From the NCBI GenBank assembly GCA_964016885.1, contig OZ024741.1:321718001-321782000 (forward strand): DNA of 64,000 nt, read 5' to 3'. The position numbers were made by a program, and so were the translations under genes. How positions within the stretch are numbered: the stretch's first letter is position 1; every line of letters starts with the position of its first letter. Under the pieces are notes generated by a model, which saw only the letters and a program-made list of their open reading frames with translations, ran no database searches and was not told the DNA's origin. This document shows positions 24,760-38,600 of this stretch, piece after piece. Origin of the DNA: Eledone cirrhosa (Eukaryota).

Positions 24760-27219
24760 TAGCAGAAGTACCCGGCGTTGCCCGGGTGTAAGTCGTCCTT
24801 TGGTCTGTTAGAATGTGTGAAAGTTACTTCCCGCGCATCACAGGTTCAAAACTTCGAACTTCAATGAAAAAAAGTAGGTTAGTAGACACAGGTGTGTAAT
24901 TTATTAATTGTAGTTATACAGTGTATCATTGAAATTGTTCTCTGCACGACTGACGGAAGTCAAAATCGCTTGATATTGAATGTTCAGTTAATTTAAAGCA
25001 GGGTGAAAATGTCGATTACTTTCAGGGTTTTTTTTTTTTTACAATTTTTGCGCTCACATGTGCAGAAGAAGAATTAAAAGGGCCTTTATCTTAACCGCGG
25101 CATAATGGCGAGTCTTTTGTGACAGTTTTCAAGAATATAGGACGTTCCTGTAAAAAGTTTTCCCATGTGTAACTTTGCCTTGTTTTTTTGCGCAAAGTTG
25201 AGCCCCGCTTCAGTTTTATAGATTTTTACATCAATGCGTGATCTCTGAAGTAGATTTGAGTAGCTAAAAACCTGTCCCGGTAAATTTGCTATAGGTGAAA
25301 AAAAGTTGATCAAAATTGTATCTAGGGTTATTGCCCTTTGCCACAGCCTCAAGCCTCGTCTGACGGGATGTTGGTGATTCCTCCGTCAGCACTTGTTGGC
25401 GACGAAGGCGAATATCAGCATATCGTACGTGATGTTGGTGACTCAACCAGCCGGGAAAGACGTCTATCAGCGAGTCGAGATTCGCGCTCAGCAGGTGTTT
25501 CCTAGAGAAAATTAATTAATTCTACTGGTTAGCTAAGCCAATGGCAGTGTCAATAGTAAATGAGAAAAGTCTAACACGAACAAAAGGGAATCAAGGTAAG
25601 ACAATAAATTTAATATAACTACGATTAGAATGTTGTAGTTGCTTAAAAGTGGTGACAGTTAGGATAAACGCAGTACTTGCTAACATTAAGGGAGAATATT
25701 GCATAAAGGATTAATCAATTGTGAATGAACTCATACCTGAGAACGCCTAATTTGTTGTCTCAAAGCAGTAGCTGTACCTTTTTTGGAGGTAAGTCTTGAA
25801 CGTTTCCGTGTGGGCATAACGACGTGTAACGAAGCTGTTAGGTTAGAGAGAGGTGATTAAATACAGAGAGAGATGACACCAGATTCGTTAGCATGGTTAC
25901 TGGTGAATGGGAAGGTTTAGAAATATGATTACAATAACTTACCGAATTTTCCGGTCTATAAATTGCACTTAAAATAATTAAATTTAATCAAGAAACAGCT
26001 CTGCGCTTTATACTCCGGTGAGCCTTATGTATAAATAATACAATGGTAATCAATCATGGCTCTAACAGAAGTAATAGATCTAGACTAAAAGTAAAGAAGA
26101 TAGCATTTTTCTGGTTGGCCTTACACGCCGTTGCGCGGACCTGATTTTAAATGATACGCCTTATATCCTGGTGAGCCTTATAGAGCGGAAAATATCTATT
26201 GGAAAAGAATACGAATTCATTACCAAGGTGTGACAAAATAGGCGTCTATACAGCGCCTGAAACAAACTTGTCCAAAACCCTAGGATTTTTCTCGTTAAGT
26301 ATCCACCCAAAAGGAACCGTTTTTTAGTTACAAAAAATAACCAAAGTGTATAGTAGCTATATTTCTGACATATCATGCCAAAAAGAACAATATATTCAAA
26401 AAATATTCTAAAGTACATTCAATCTCTTTTTGACCGATATCTTAATAAGTAAGTTATTGATTTTTTATTGGCTGTCAGTGTCTATCTGCATGCAGGTGTG
26501 CACGTGTGCGCAATTAATTGCAAATACGCTTATAACATTTAGTCGTAAGCAGAACAAAAAATGCCATTAGAGGTGGGCTAATAATGAAGACACAAACCCT
26601 GGTGAACTTACGTTTAAACACCCGAAAAGTTACTCACTTCCTGTGCAAAAGACTGTATTATAAATTAAGTAATTTTTTACAACTTTGTATGTGTACAATA
26701 CAACTTGGTCAACGTATTATTTAGTAATTTTTTTTTTCAAAAAGCATGATTATTTAAGACTGTTTGAAAATTTACTCACAGCTTTTAGCATCACAAAAGA
26801 CACCATTAAATTTGGTTCCCTTTTCAGATAGGGATAATACTGTATTTCCACTTGAATAAGGTGGAATATGAAAAGATAAACTCTTTAATGGTCGGTCGTT
26901 TACTGAGACAGCTGGGAAGACATGCAGCTGGCCGTCCAATCAATAACGCACGCCCTTATATGGGCATATGAAATTTATTTTTATTGCGCCAGATGTAAAC
27001 TAAGAGTTCTTGTGTTCGAATTCACATAAAATTTCATTGGAATCGAAAAACATTCTGTCATAGGGCCCGATTATCGATTTTTCGAAAATTTCAAGTAGCC
27101 TATTCCACTCTACGCGTTGAGTTTTATATATGTGTGACGTTTCATGAAAATTGGATGAACGGTGTAGCATGCAAGTTCGGAACACCAAACAATGGCCATC
27201 TTCCCTTTATATATATAGA
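24759..27219 (-). mobile_element. Non-autonomous Helitron (~2.46 kb) inserted in a (TA)n tract
   Basis: 5' A|TCTATATATATAAA at 27219; 3' hairpin CCCGGGCAACGCCGGG plus CTAG|T at 24759. A nested pogo/Tigger-like MITE lies at ~25940-26195. Confidence 0.75.
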
Positions 27220-27644
27220 TATATAGTTGCTTTGATACACAGATAAATTGTTCAGCTGAGCAGGGAATTGTAGTAGTTGTACAAAACACAGAGGGAGGAC
27301 ATCTAAGAACTCGTAGTTGTCATGAGTTGGTGAGGCATGGATTGCTAATCAACTGGATAGTATTGTTTTGTCACTGCAGTCTGGATATCTAAGCAATACT
27401 CTAATGATTAATGCACCTGGAATATTTTGTGATTATGAAAATGAAACCTAGCATTGAAAATAGTGAAATCTCAAGGAATTGTTAAAATAGACATGTCCAA
27501 CCCATGCCAGCATGGAAAAATGATTATGACAATGATGATGCTGATGACAGCAACAATAATGAGATATAACTCAATTGATACATGGGAGTATAGATTTACT
27601 TTTCAACCAGGTTGGCTGGGGTTAGTAGACAGCTGTAGTTTTGT

Positions 27645-27856
27645 ATAGGGTGGCCACTGAAAGACTGAATGATATAAAACAAAAATAACTTTTACAAACA
27701 CATGGTTTTTTTTTTTTTTTCATTATTTTATTTGGAAATATAATGGATTTTTTTCAGTATTATGTGTGAAAAACAACAAGGGATGCTCTATAAACTGCAA
27801 AAAAAAAAGAAAAAAAAAGATTGAAAATGAACAGGTTTTTCAGTGACCACCCTGTA
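27645..27856. mobile_element. Tc1/mariner-type MITE
   Basis: Imperfect TIRs TAGGGTGGCCACTGAAAA / TTTTCAGTGACCACCCTG flanked by TA. Similar MITEs at ~54535-54635 and ~55619-55810. Confidence 0.6.
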
Positions 27857-28699
27857 TATACAAAGATCTAGAGAGACGAGGAAGGGCAGAGAAGGACTGG
27901 CATGAATAAATGAGGAAGATATTCTCAGAACAATGACTAGGTCCAAATGTTTGCAACCCAGTGAACTTTGTCATCCAAGAACATGTACTATACCTTTTAA
28001 AAGCTTCCACAGTTCCTGTCCACAAAATTTCCATCACAAAGTTTTACTTAACCTTAGGACATAGTAAAATACACTTACTCAAGGTGCCATGCAGTAGAAT
28101 TATCAATTAACTGTAATAACTTCTGAAGTAAGCTATGACTATATAATTGTTTAATTATTAAAAGTGCTATTTGGAAAGTATGTTAGCTTCAATGCAGGTT
28201 TTTGACTATGAAAAATAGTCTTACAAGTTGAGTATTTAAGCTCCCATGAGACCAGTGTCAGATTTACCAATGTGTTTAGGTGTGCTTAAGCACAGGGCTC
28301 CCGTTGGCCAGCGGGGCCCATCTTCCTTCCACCCCAATTTTTTTACCTCCTTCAGGGCCCATGTAAGGAGTCTCATAACTTAACTAGCACAGGGCCTCAT
28401 TTGTCCTAAATCAGGCATTGCATGAGACAGAAAAAAATGAGTAGCTCCCATGTCTACTTTTTCCATCTCTAGAAGCTTATGCACTCAATTTATAAGACTA
28501 TTTTTCATAGTCAAAAACCTACATTGAAAGCAGTTGTTAGCTTTAAGCTAATGTCCTTTAAACATTCTTAATACACTCAAGGCTTTGTAAATACAATCAT
28601 TTAATTAAAAGTAGGTCACGGTATTATAATCTTAGTATGATATTAAACATTGTTAATCATGATAACATTTAGAAAAAAATTGGCAGATGATACAGGGTA

Positions 28700-30330
28700 C
28701 AGATGACTCTTCTGTAGTGTTGGTGCCATAATAAAATGCATCCAGTACATTCTGTAAGGTGATTGGCTTTAGGAAGGGCATTCAGCTGTAAGACCCGTGT
28801 CGAAAAGGGTTACAAAGGACTCTTCAGTTGTGTCAAGGACCTACCAACTTTTCTAGTGATGGTGTCATTATAAAGTGCACCTAATACACTCTGTAAAGTG
28901 TTTTTGAGGGGAATCACACTAGAAACACCGCCCCAAAGTAGAGAATCCTATTCAGTTATGTTGAGAACATGACAACCTCCCTAGTGCTTGTGCCACAAAA
29001 TGCAGCTGTACATTATATAAAGTGGTTTATATTAAGAAAGGCATCCAGGTGTAGAAATTATGCTCAAACTGGAATGTATGTCAATGAAAGATGGCCCCCA
29101 GCCAGTATAAATGGGCGATAGCTCCGAATAAGAAGTCACTCAGACTGTGACATCAAGTCCAACCCAGGCCAGCATTGAAAGAGGATGTAAGATGATGATT
29201 ATAGATCATTAATATTTTATGCCAGCATGAGTTGGATGGAGTGTTACATTCCAAATGGATTGGAGTGACCTCATCTTGCTCATAAGTTTCATATGGCTGG
29301 ATCCCCTTCCAAATACCAATCACATTACAGAGAACTGAATGATTTTCATAGCACCAACACTACCACTTCCCAAGGTTTACTGAGTGCATTTTATCATGGC
29401 ACCAGCCTATGCAGACCGAAAAAGTCTTCTCAGATCCTACATTGTCTCAAATCAATTACCAAACACTGTAGTCTCTGGTCTCTCATCATGTGTGTTTTTA
29501 GTGTCGCAGTGCTTGTACTGTGGTATACCACCAGTCAGTAGCGTCATGTATCACCTTCGTGAAGTTCAGTATATAAACACATACTTTTTTTTTATTACTT
29601 GTCTCACTAGCTCTCTTTGATTACCACCTGTAAGGAGTACTTCATACTTTCTCTAGTCTGTCATAGCTTACTAGCTCTATACGGACGTTTAAATTGAATG
29701 AATAAAAAATATGTATATAAGATATCATTTATTAATAAATTCTTTTACTGGTTTCTGTCATTAGACTCTGGTCAATGTGGGGCACTACTTTATAAGGATT
29801 GAGTAAAATATATCAACCCAACACTTATTTTTTTCAAATTGCTGAGTTACAGGACATAAATAAATGTAAACAAATACATACACATCTACCAAATTTCACT
29901 TATAAAGCATTGGTCAACATAAGGTTATAGTAGAAGATACTTGCCCAAGGTGTCATGCTGTGGGACTGAATATGAAACCACATAATATGGAAAGAAAGCC
30001 CTTAATTGCACAGCCATGTATATATGATGTATTTTTTAATGGGAAATATGCATATGTATTCATCATCAACATTTAACGTCCATTTTCCACGCTAGCATGG
30101 GTTAGACGAGTTGTCCCATTAGAGGTAAGTTGAATCAGGTGACCGTGTCTTGCTCATACAGAACTGTTTCTAGCTAGGTTTGTATGGTCAGATGCCCTTC
30201 CTAAACGCCAACCACATTTACAGTGTATGCTAGGTGCTTTTTGTTGTGACTCCTACTTGAATATTTTACAGTGTGGGCTGGGTGCTTATTCTCGTGACAC
30301 CCACATGACCACTTTACAGTGTGGGCTGGA
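28700..30330. repeat. Cluster of RTE-associated SINE-like repeats (GGATGCCCTTCCTAA..CCAACCAC core)
   Basis: The core recurs at ~36980, 48560, 55310 and 61370. The tails resemble the RTE LINE 3' end (CATCAT..ACGTCC..TTTTCC). Confidence 0.6.
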
Positions 30331-30575
30331 TATTGTTCTTAAATACTATTTTAGTCCTTTCTCCTGAATATTGTTCTCATCTTATTCATATTTTTCCAAC
30401 AGTGTTCACACTGACAATAAATTTCATCAATCACACAAATATTGGTGGGCCCGCAAATGCCTCTCCATCTTCACTAAACCATCAAATATTTATACAGATC
30501 TATCATTAAGGCCAACTAGGGTGTAGATATCAAAGAGGGCCATTATAAAATCTTAAAGGTTTCGTTTTATACATA

Positions 30576-31359
30576 CTAGATGAGGGCGTCGTCTTCTCCT
30601 CCTTTTTGTCTCACATACAGATGACGTTCCTTTTCTCTCTCTATGTACATATCTCACGCTTGGTGCTCCTCCTTTCGGCACTACCATACTATTAGCTGTC
30701 AGAAGTGAAAGTTTCGTCAACCTTCTCAATCGTAAACATCGTTTATTTCCGTATTACCACGACTTCTGACAGCTAATACCATGAACTTAAATGAATTTTC
30801 ACCAACAGTGGAGTTACTTCTGACAGCTAATACCATGAACTATATTTTCATAGTCATGGTTATCAATGTAGAAAACAAGTCATTTTCACCAACAGTGGAG
30901 TTAACTTAAATGAAAATATAGGTGGCCCTTAAAAGGGCCAAATTAGAAAACAAATATATGGTTATCAAATTTTTTTCACCAACCCTATACATGAAATTGA
31001 TAACCATGACTATGAAAATATAAATGATTAAATCCAATTTATTTGATAACCATGACTTGTTTTCTAATTAACTTAAATTTGTTCGATATGTTTTATTAAA
31101 ATAACGCGTGGCAATACGGAAATAAACGATGTTTACGATTGAGAAGGTTGACGAAACTTTCACTTCTGACAGCTAATAGCATGGTAGTGCCCTCTTTCTC
31201 TATATAGATGAGGGCGACGTCAAAACTTTCTCGGAAACACACAGCGTCCCCTTTTCTCTCTCTCTCTATGTACATATCTCTCGCTTGGCTCTCCCCTCTA
31301 TATATAAAGTGAGCGTGACAGCAGGAGGGACGGAGACAGTGTTCTTATTATAATATAGA
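30576..31359 (-). mobile_element. Helitron-like element with 85-bp internal inverted repeats
   Basis: TC 5' end at 31359 and CTAG at 30576; inverted arms at 30677-30761 and 31107-31191. Confidence 0.5.
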
Positions 31360-32190
31360 TTTGTATAATTTCTTGCGATCAATAAATATATGGCTGAACA
31401 TCTTTGCTACGTAGCAGAAATATTTAAAGTGGCGGAGAGAGTGATATGATGTTATGACCTGTCATATAATTTGACGTGGATGAGAGTGGACTGTATAATA
31501 GAAAATGCAAGCTCAGTAATTTTTGAAAACTAGGTATGTCAGCTTGCCAAACAGATCTATAATTGAAAGTTGAAATTATTTTTCTTTCAGCGTGCCTAGA
31601 ACGGTAAATACCCAGGTGCGATCCTAAATGTAAACAGTGAAAGTTTCCTATATTTCTTACACATATTCATAATGCAAGTAAGAGAGATCTTGTACGTTTT
31701 CGGCAAGAATACCAAGTTACGTACTGAAATGATTGATTAAACTTTTCTGACAAAGTTTGTGTCTTCGTGTCTATGTTTAGAGGAAATGTACAGGAAGTAA
31801 AATAAACCATAGAACACCGGAGCAAATTTTTTACGTCATTTAGTTAATTTTTATTTTTTTAGTTCACATTACCCTAAAGTCGATTTTTACCTTTTATTCT
31901 ACCGGGATTGATATAATCGATAACACGATCAATCAATCTTTCAAGACTTGTATCTGTTAGAAATCGTTATAAGCGTAACAGATCAAGGGAGATAATTTAA
32001 AGTCATCGAATTGATCAGGAACCGCGATACATAAATATTCTTTTTTTTTCTATTTTGTTTCAAATCAACTAAAAAAATTCGTTCAAATTGAATTTATTCA
32101 CAATAGTTTTTAAAATAAATAAGTAAATCAATATAATTATTTTTATTTAAATCATTTTTGTTGAAGTAATTGTTAAATATAATCATATTA

Positions 32191-32272
32191 ACTTCCGGTA
32201 TAATTGCGGTTGTGCTGTTTAAGAAAATTTGACTGCGTGACTTCCTTTTTAGTATTGCCTCTCGGTTTAATT
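32191..32272 (+). promoter_or_regulatory. RPL7 promoter: ETS/GABP site, TCT/5'TOP start and non-coding exon 1
   Basis: ACTTCCGGT at 32191-32199, polypyrimidine CTTCCTTTTT at 32241-32250, and a GTAAGT donor at 32273. This is the typical ribosomal-protein promoter layout. Confidence 0.7.
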
Positions 32273-32624
32273 GTAAGTATATATCTTAACTCTATTTTAA
32301 ATCTGTTGTCATCTTTATCTATATAGGTAAAATTTCTTTCTAAACATTTACAAATGCATCCTATATCTTCAATTAATGTTATTGAACAGTTATTATTATA
32401 TATATCTCTTTATAAATTAAAAATTGACCGTTCAAAATTCATATCTGTATTACAACGTGGTGCTCCATGGTTGATTTTATTTCCATTAACACCATCGCCT
32501 AAAACCCGCTTTTGAACAATATTTGTAAATTATTCATGTCTTGATTTTATTTGATTTCTAAATTTTATAGTGTTTACATACTAATTGAATATTTTCTCTT
32601 TTGTTTTTCTATTTTCAGGACAAC

Positions 32625-35600
32625 ATGGTAGAGTAAGTATCTCTATTTTTTTTTTCATCATACGTAACTCTAACATATAATACCAGCTATTAATTTCTCA
32701 GTCTCTCTATCAATATATGCTTATTTTTAACAGCACACACACTTTATGTATTAAACCTTTAAACATATTTTGCCTCCAATCTAAAAAGAAAAAATCATTC
32801 GAAAAAGTGCTATCACTGATGTATTATTGAGAAGACACTTCCTTACACATAACTTTTCATGATAAAACTGGGACCCCTCTATATAAGACTAAAAAATCAT
32901 CCATTGTAGGCCATGTGTAAACTGTAAACATTACTTAATTATTTTTTATTTACGGGAATAATTTATAAAGGGCAATTTTGAAGCTTGTTATTAAATAGAA
33001 ATTCGTGTACAATTACGCGCACATGTTGCTATTAGATGATGGCGAGAAGAAATTCTCAGAATCATAAAGTGAAATGATGTTGGTGTCAATGATGTATATT
33101 CACGAAAATATTTTAATTATTTACCTTATTTGATCATTTAATATGTTTTGACCCACTGCAACCAAATGTCCAAACTGTCTTATTGGATAATATTAACCCG
33201 TATACAAAAGTGGGTTTCCATCACAATATATCTATCTCGAATAAATAAAATGAAAATATCTCGCTCGATTACCAGATTCATTTAATTTAACTCCGTTCAT
33301 ATAATACCTAGAAACACAAACACATATGCCGACCATGACTTTAATGTGTATATATATGGTGAATCGGACGGTATTTTCTTCATTCAAATTATATTGTCAA
33401 TAGTTATTGAAAGTGTCTTCAACGGTAACCACAGTATTTGAATTTGATCATGTGTGCTGAATGGACGCCCAAACAAGATGTATCGGTACTAACAGAATTA
33501 CTGTTTTACTGTTCCCACATGAGGATATACTTCAGTTTGTTTTAATAATTTTTTTTAAAATTAAAAATATAATTTTTACAGTTTATTAATTGCTTTGGTA
33601 ATCCTTATTTTAATATAGACACGTCCGGTAATATCCGCGGGAGCCATAAATAAATGTTTAGGAGAAAACCACTTAATTTTGGTTACAAGAATATATATTT
33701 TTCACTATATTATATCTTGTTTTGTAGTACACATCAATGCATGTGCAATTTGCACATTAGGGTTAAGTTTTCCTAGAAAAATAAACGTTGGAAGTGAGAT
33801 TAGTTGATAGCACGTGATAAAAACCCGAGGAAAAACATTTCTCACTGAATCATCATCATCATCATTTTACGTCCGCTTTTCCCTGCTTGCAAGGGTGGGA
33901 CGGGTCTTATTCAGCACAGCATCTCTCCACTCGTCACGGTCCCTCGTCATCTTCACCGTGAGCTTCAATGATCTGAGGTCTGTTCTCACCACCTCCGCCC
34001 ATGTTTTTCGTGGTCTACCTCTACCACGTCTTCCTTCAACTGGCATTTCCTGGCACTTCTTCACCCATCGGTCATCCTCCATGCGCATCACATGTCCATA
34101 CCACCTCAGTCTCCTCTCCCGTACACTACATTCTATCCCTCTCAGACACAGTTTCTCTCTCAACACATTTATGCTGGGTCGTTCACACACATTTACACTG
34201 CACATCCAACGGAGCATGCTTGCCTCATTTCTCTCCAGCCGTCGTATATCTTCTGCGGTAGCTGCCCATGTCTCACTACCATGCAGCATCGCGCTCCTCA
34301 CACAGGCATCATACAACCGGCCTTTCGTACGCAGGGAGAAACCCTTCTTCGTCAACAGAGGAAGCAGCTCCCTAAACTTCATCCAACCCGTCCTCATTCT
34401 AGATACTATGGCCTCGGAACACCCTCCTCCCATGCTAATCTGATCTCCTAGGTACCGGAAGCTATCCACCACTTCTATAGCGCCCTCTCGCATTTGAAAA
34501 ATGTGTCTATCAGTGCGACTTCTACTGTCTAATTTCCCTGTACATCTACTGCATACATATTTCTCCCTACCTGTTAGTTTGCCTGCTATCCCGCTACATC
34601 TCTTGTGTACCCAGGACCTACATTGTGTGCATTTTATAGAATTTATGCCAGTTCCTTTTCTGCATATCGAACATGGCCATTTCCCTGACGGAATCAGGGT
34701 TTTGTCCTCTTTTCTACTCATCAACACTTTTGTCTTAGCTAGATTTACTCTCAGTCCTCTTGCTTCCAACTGCTGTTTCCATAGCCGGAATTTATTCTCT
34801 AGCTCCTCTACTGATTCTGCCATAAGAGCCAGATCGTCAGCATAGAGAAGTTCCCATGGACAGCCAGTCTTAAACTCCTCTGTTATGGCTTGGAGGACTA
34901 TAATGAACAAGAGCGGGCTGAGGACCGAACCCTGATGTACTCCTACTTGTATCTGGAATTCCTCACTAAACTCCATTCCTACCCTGACTTTACTGAGAGT
35001 ACCTCTGTACAAAGTTTGCACTGTCCTTACAAGCCATTCCTCAACACCCAGCTTCCTTAGGGACCACCAGATGACAGATCGGGGTACCCTATCAAAGGCC
35101 TTCTCTAGGTCAACAAAGGCTAAGTATAGTGGCTTATTCTTCTCTAAGAACCTCTCTTGCATTTGTCTCACCAAGAAGAGGGCATCTGTTGTACTCTTCC
35201 CAGGCACAAAACCAAACTGCATCTCATCTAGTTTGACCCTTTCTCTAATTAGTTGTGCTAAAATCCTTTCATAACCTGATCTATCAGTTTTATACCCCTA
35301 TAATTGCTCCTCTCCAAAGCATCCCCTTTACCTTTGTAGCAATTTATGAGAATACTGCTGCACCAGTCTTTGGGTATGACACCACCATATATAGCCTGAT
35401 TGATGATGCGTGCAACCAGTTTAGTGCCTACGTCCCCTGATGCCTTCAGCATCTCAGCAACTATTCCCGATGGTCCGGCCGCCTTACCATTTTTCATTTC
35501 CCTAATCGCCTCTTGGACCCTATATTCGTCAATCTCAATAGCTGGTCCCTCTGTCGGATCTACCAAGGGTAATTTCTCTCTCTCCCATTCGTTCTCCACA

Positions 35601-38600
35601 TTCATCAGTCTCTCATAATGACATTTCCAGGCCTCCTTTTTCTGATCATTCGTGACACTAAGTACACCGGCATCATCCCGGACACATTTATCACCAACAA
35701 CATCCTGATTTGCATTGACACACTGCCTTGCAATGTGGAACACCGCACGCCTCTGATCTTCCCGTCGCAGAACATTGGCAAACCTCCTACTCTCTGCCTC
35801 CCTGCGTGCTAAGTACACCTGACGTCTAGCTTCTCTCTTAGTGGCTGTATATTCTTCCCTACTCCCACCCTTTTTCCAAGCCTTCCATGCTAGTCTTTTG
35901 TCTCTAATAGCCTTATCTACACTGCTGTTCCACCACCAGGTCACTCTCTGTCTGGTTGGAGCTCTGCTCCAGCCACTGGTTTCATGAGTAGCCTTCAGCA
36001 AGTTGTCACGTAAGAACTTCCAGTTATTATCTATGTCATACGTCTCTAAATCGTCTTCTTTTTCGTCATATACATCTTGAAGGGCTTTCCTAAATTTGAA
36101 TTTTAGTGAAAGGTCTTTTAGCTTCCAGACCTTTCTTCTCCACACCTTCCTATATGTCTCATTCCATCTCTTGCTTACTGAGATATCACTCACAACTAAC
36201 CTATGCTGTGGGGTACATTCTTCCCCAGGGTATGCCTTGGTATTAGACACTATCTGCCTGTCCCGCTGCCTAACTAGCAGGAAGTCAATCTGGCTTATGT
36301 GCTCACCAGATTTGTAGGTTATTAGGTGATTGGCAGGTTTCTGGAAGTTTGTGTTGCAAATAGTCAATGTACTTGCATCACAAAATTCAAGAAGTCTCAC
36401 TCCTTCTTCATTTCTTGAACCGTAACCGTGCCCACCATGTACCCCAGTGTAACCATCCTGGAGCTGTCCAACATGACCATTGAAGTCTCCTGCTAGCATA
36501 ACGATGTCTCCGTCCTCTGTCATTGTGGTTGTTTGCAAAAGTTGCTCATAAAAGCAGTCTTTCTCATCTTTGCCTAGGCCTGCTTGGGGAGCATAGACCG
36601 AGATGATTGTCAGTAGTCTCCTACCTACAACTAATCTAAGCTTAATTATTCGATTACTAACTCGAACTACCTCTATTGTCTTATTGATCCATTTCTCAGC
36701 CAGGAAAATGCCTACTCCCCCTAACCCATCATCCTTACCTATCCAGAATAGCTTATAGCTAAGACGCTTGCCTACGACTAGTCTCGCAGAGGCACCTCTC
36801 CATCTCACCTCTTGCACGCAGCACACATCCACCTGCCTTCTCTCCAGCATCTCCGCTATTTCAGCAGATCTACCTCTGAGAGTGCCAACATTAAGTGTTG
36901 CAACTCTGAGATGCGACGTCTTCATATTTTTCTATGCTGTTTTGTTGGTGTGCTGATAAGCTTTTTGGCATTGATACACTGGTTGGATGCCCTTCCTAAC
37001 ACCAGCGCCACTTTACAGCATGGACTGGGTGCTTTTATTTGTGCCACCAGCACTAGAGAGGATGTCTTACTAGACTCAAGGGCCCTCTCTACCCCTCCAT
37101 TTTACAGCATGGTCATTAAAAAAAAACAAAAAAAAAAACAACTTATTGACACGACTCACACACTAATACTCATGCATACAAACCACAACCACACATACCA
37201 ACACTCATTCATGCATACAATCACGCACACCACTCACAAACATATATATATATATACATATATTACCGACAGTACTGAATCAAAATCAAAGTCAAAATCG
37301 TCAAAATCGTCAAAATCACTATCATGTCAACTGTTGACCTTTCCCAGTCCAGTTCGGCTTGTATATAATAACAATAACAATAATAATTGTTTGTTTACGC
37401 TGGTAATGGCGGTGGTGGATGGTGTCAGTGTGGTGGTGGTGGATGTGGTGGATGGTCAGTGATGGTGGTGGCAGTTGTTACTGTTGTTGTCCTTCATTTC
37501 ACTGCTGCTGTTGCTGCAGACAATGGTGTTGATGCTGTTATTGCTGTCACATATATACAAACACATACACACACATTCAACACAGACGATGGTGTTGTTG
37601 CTGCTGCTGCTGCTGTTGTTGTTGGTGGTGGTGGTGGTGTTGCTGCTGTTGTTGTTGTTGTTGCTGTGTTGAAATGTTGAAATCTGGTCGCATCCACTGA
37701 GATATACATATACACATACATACATCAAAAGAGAGTCAGCAGTATGTCAACAGGGGACAGGACAGCGACCTTGTGGTGATGGTGGGGAGCGAGTGTAGGC
37801 GTTATTGTTATTGTGGTGACGGGGGGGGGGGGTCAGTGAGATGTTACAAGTTCATAGATCACTTCTCTCTTTTCCTCTCTCTTCAAAATTTTGAATTTAT
37901 GGCCTTTTGCAATGGCGGACAAGTATATATAATATATATATATGAAGCAAAGAAAAGAAAATTTTCACTGATATGAAAGATTTCCTGGTAGAAGTTCAGG
38001 TGTATTCAGTGATTGGTATCCAATTAGAAAATCCAACGAATCTTTAAGAGGGGTCCACGCAACCATTGATATATATATCTATATATGTAAAATGCAAGCA
38101 GAAATGACAACGAAAGATTTTCTGGTAGAAGTTCAGGTGTATTCAGTGTTGGGGTATCCAATTAGAAAATCCAACGAATTTTTGAGAGGGGTCCACGCAA
38201 GCATATATATAGATATATATATGTATATATGCAAAATGCAAGCAGAAATATGAATATATATATATATATGAATATATATATATATGAATATATATAGATT
38301 TTGAGTTTATGTTGGTTGTATACCAACACCTCAGTATGCAGGCTGGAGCACTCGAAGAAGTGCGCAGGTTGGTTTGGTTACTCCGGAGTAGTGTAAAATA
38401 AAGTTAAATAAAAGTCAAATGATTAAAATTTAGCTTCGTTTATTACTGCTATATATATTTCAGTGACAGCCATCTTTGGCTGTGACCTCTTCAGGCAGTT
38501 TGAATTAGTATGGTATAGACAAGTACATATGTTGTTTAGATGTATGATATTGTCAATACTCTGATATGCCCAGTTCCTTGTTGGGTTGTTAATTCACTGG

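Noticed and set aside
37387-37728. Poly-V/A/L/N/T ORFs
   Set aside because: Trinucleotide repeat with no gene structure.
37975-38250. ~135-bp direct tandem duplication
   Set aside because: Simple local duplication bounded by TA tracts, with no splice or coding signal seen.
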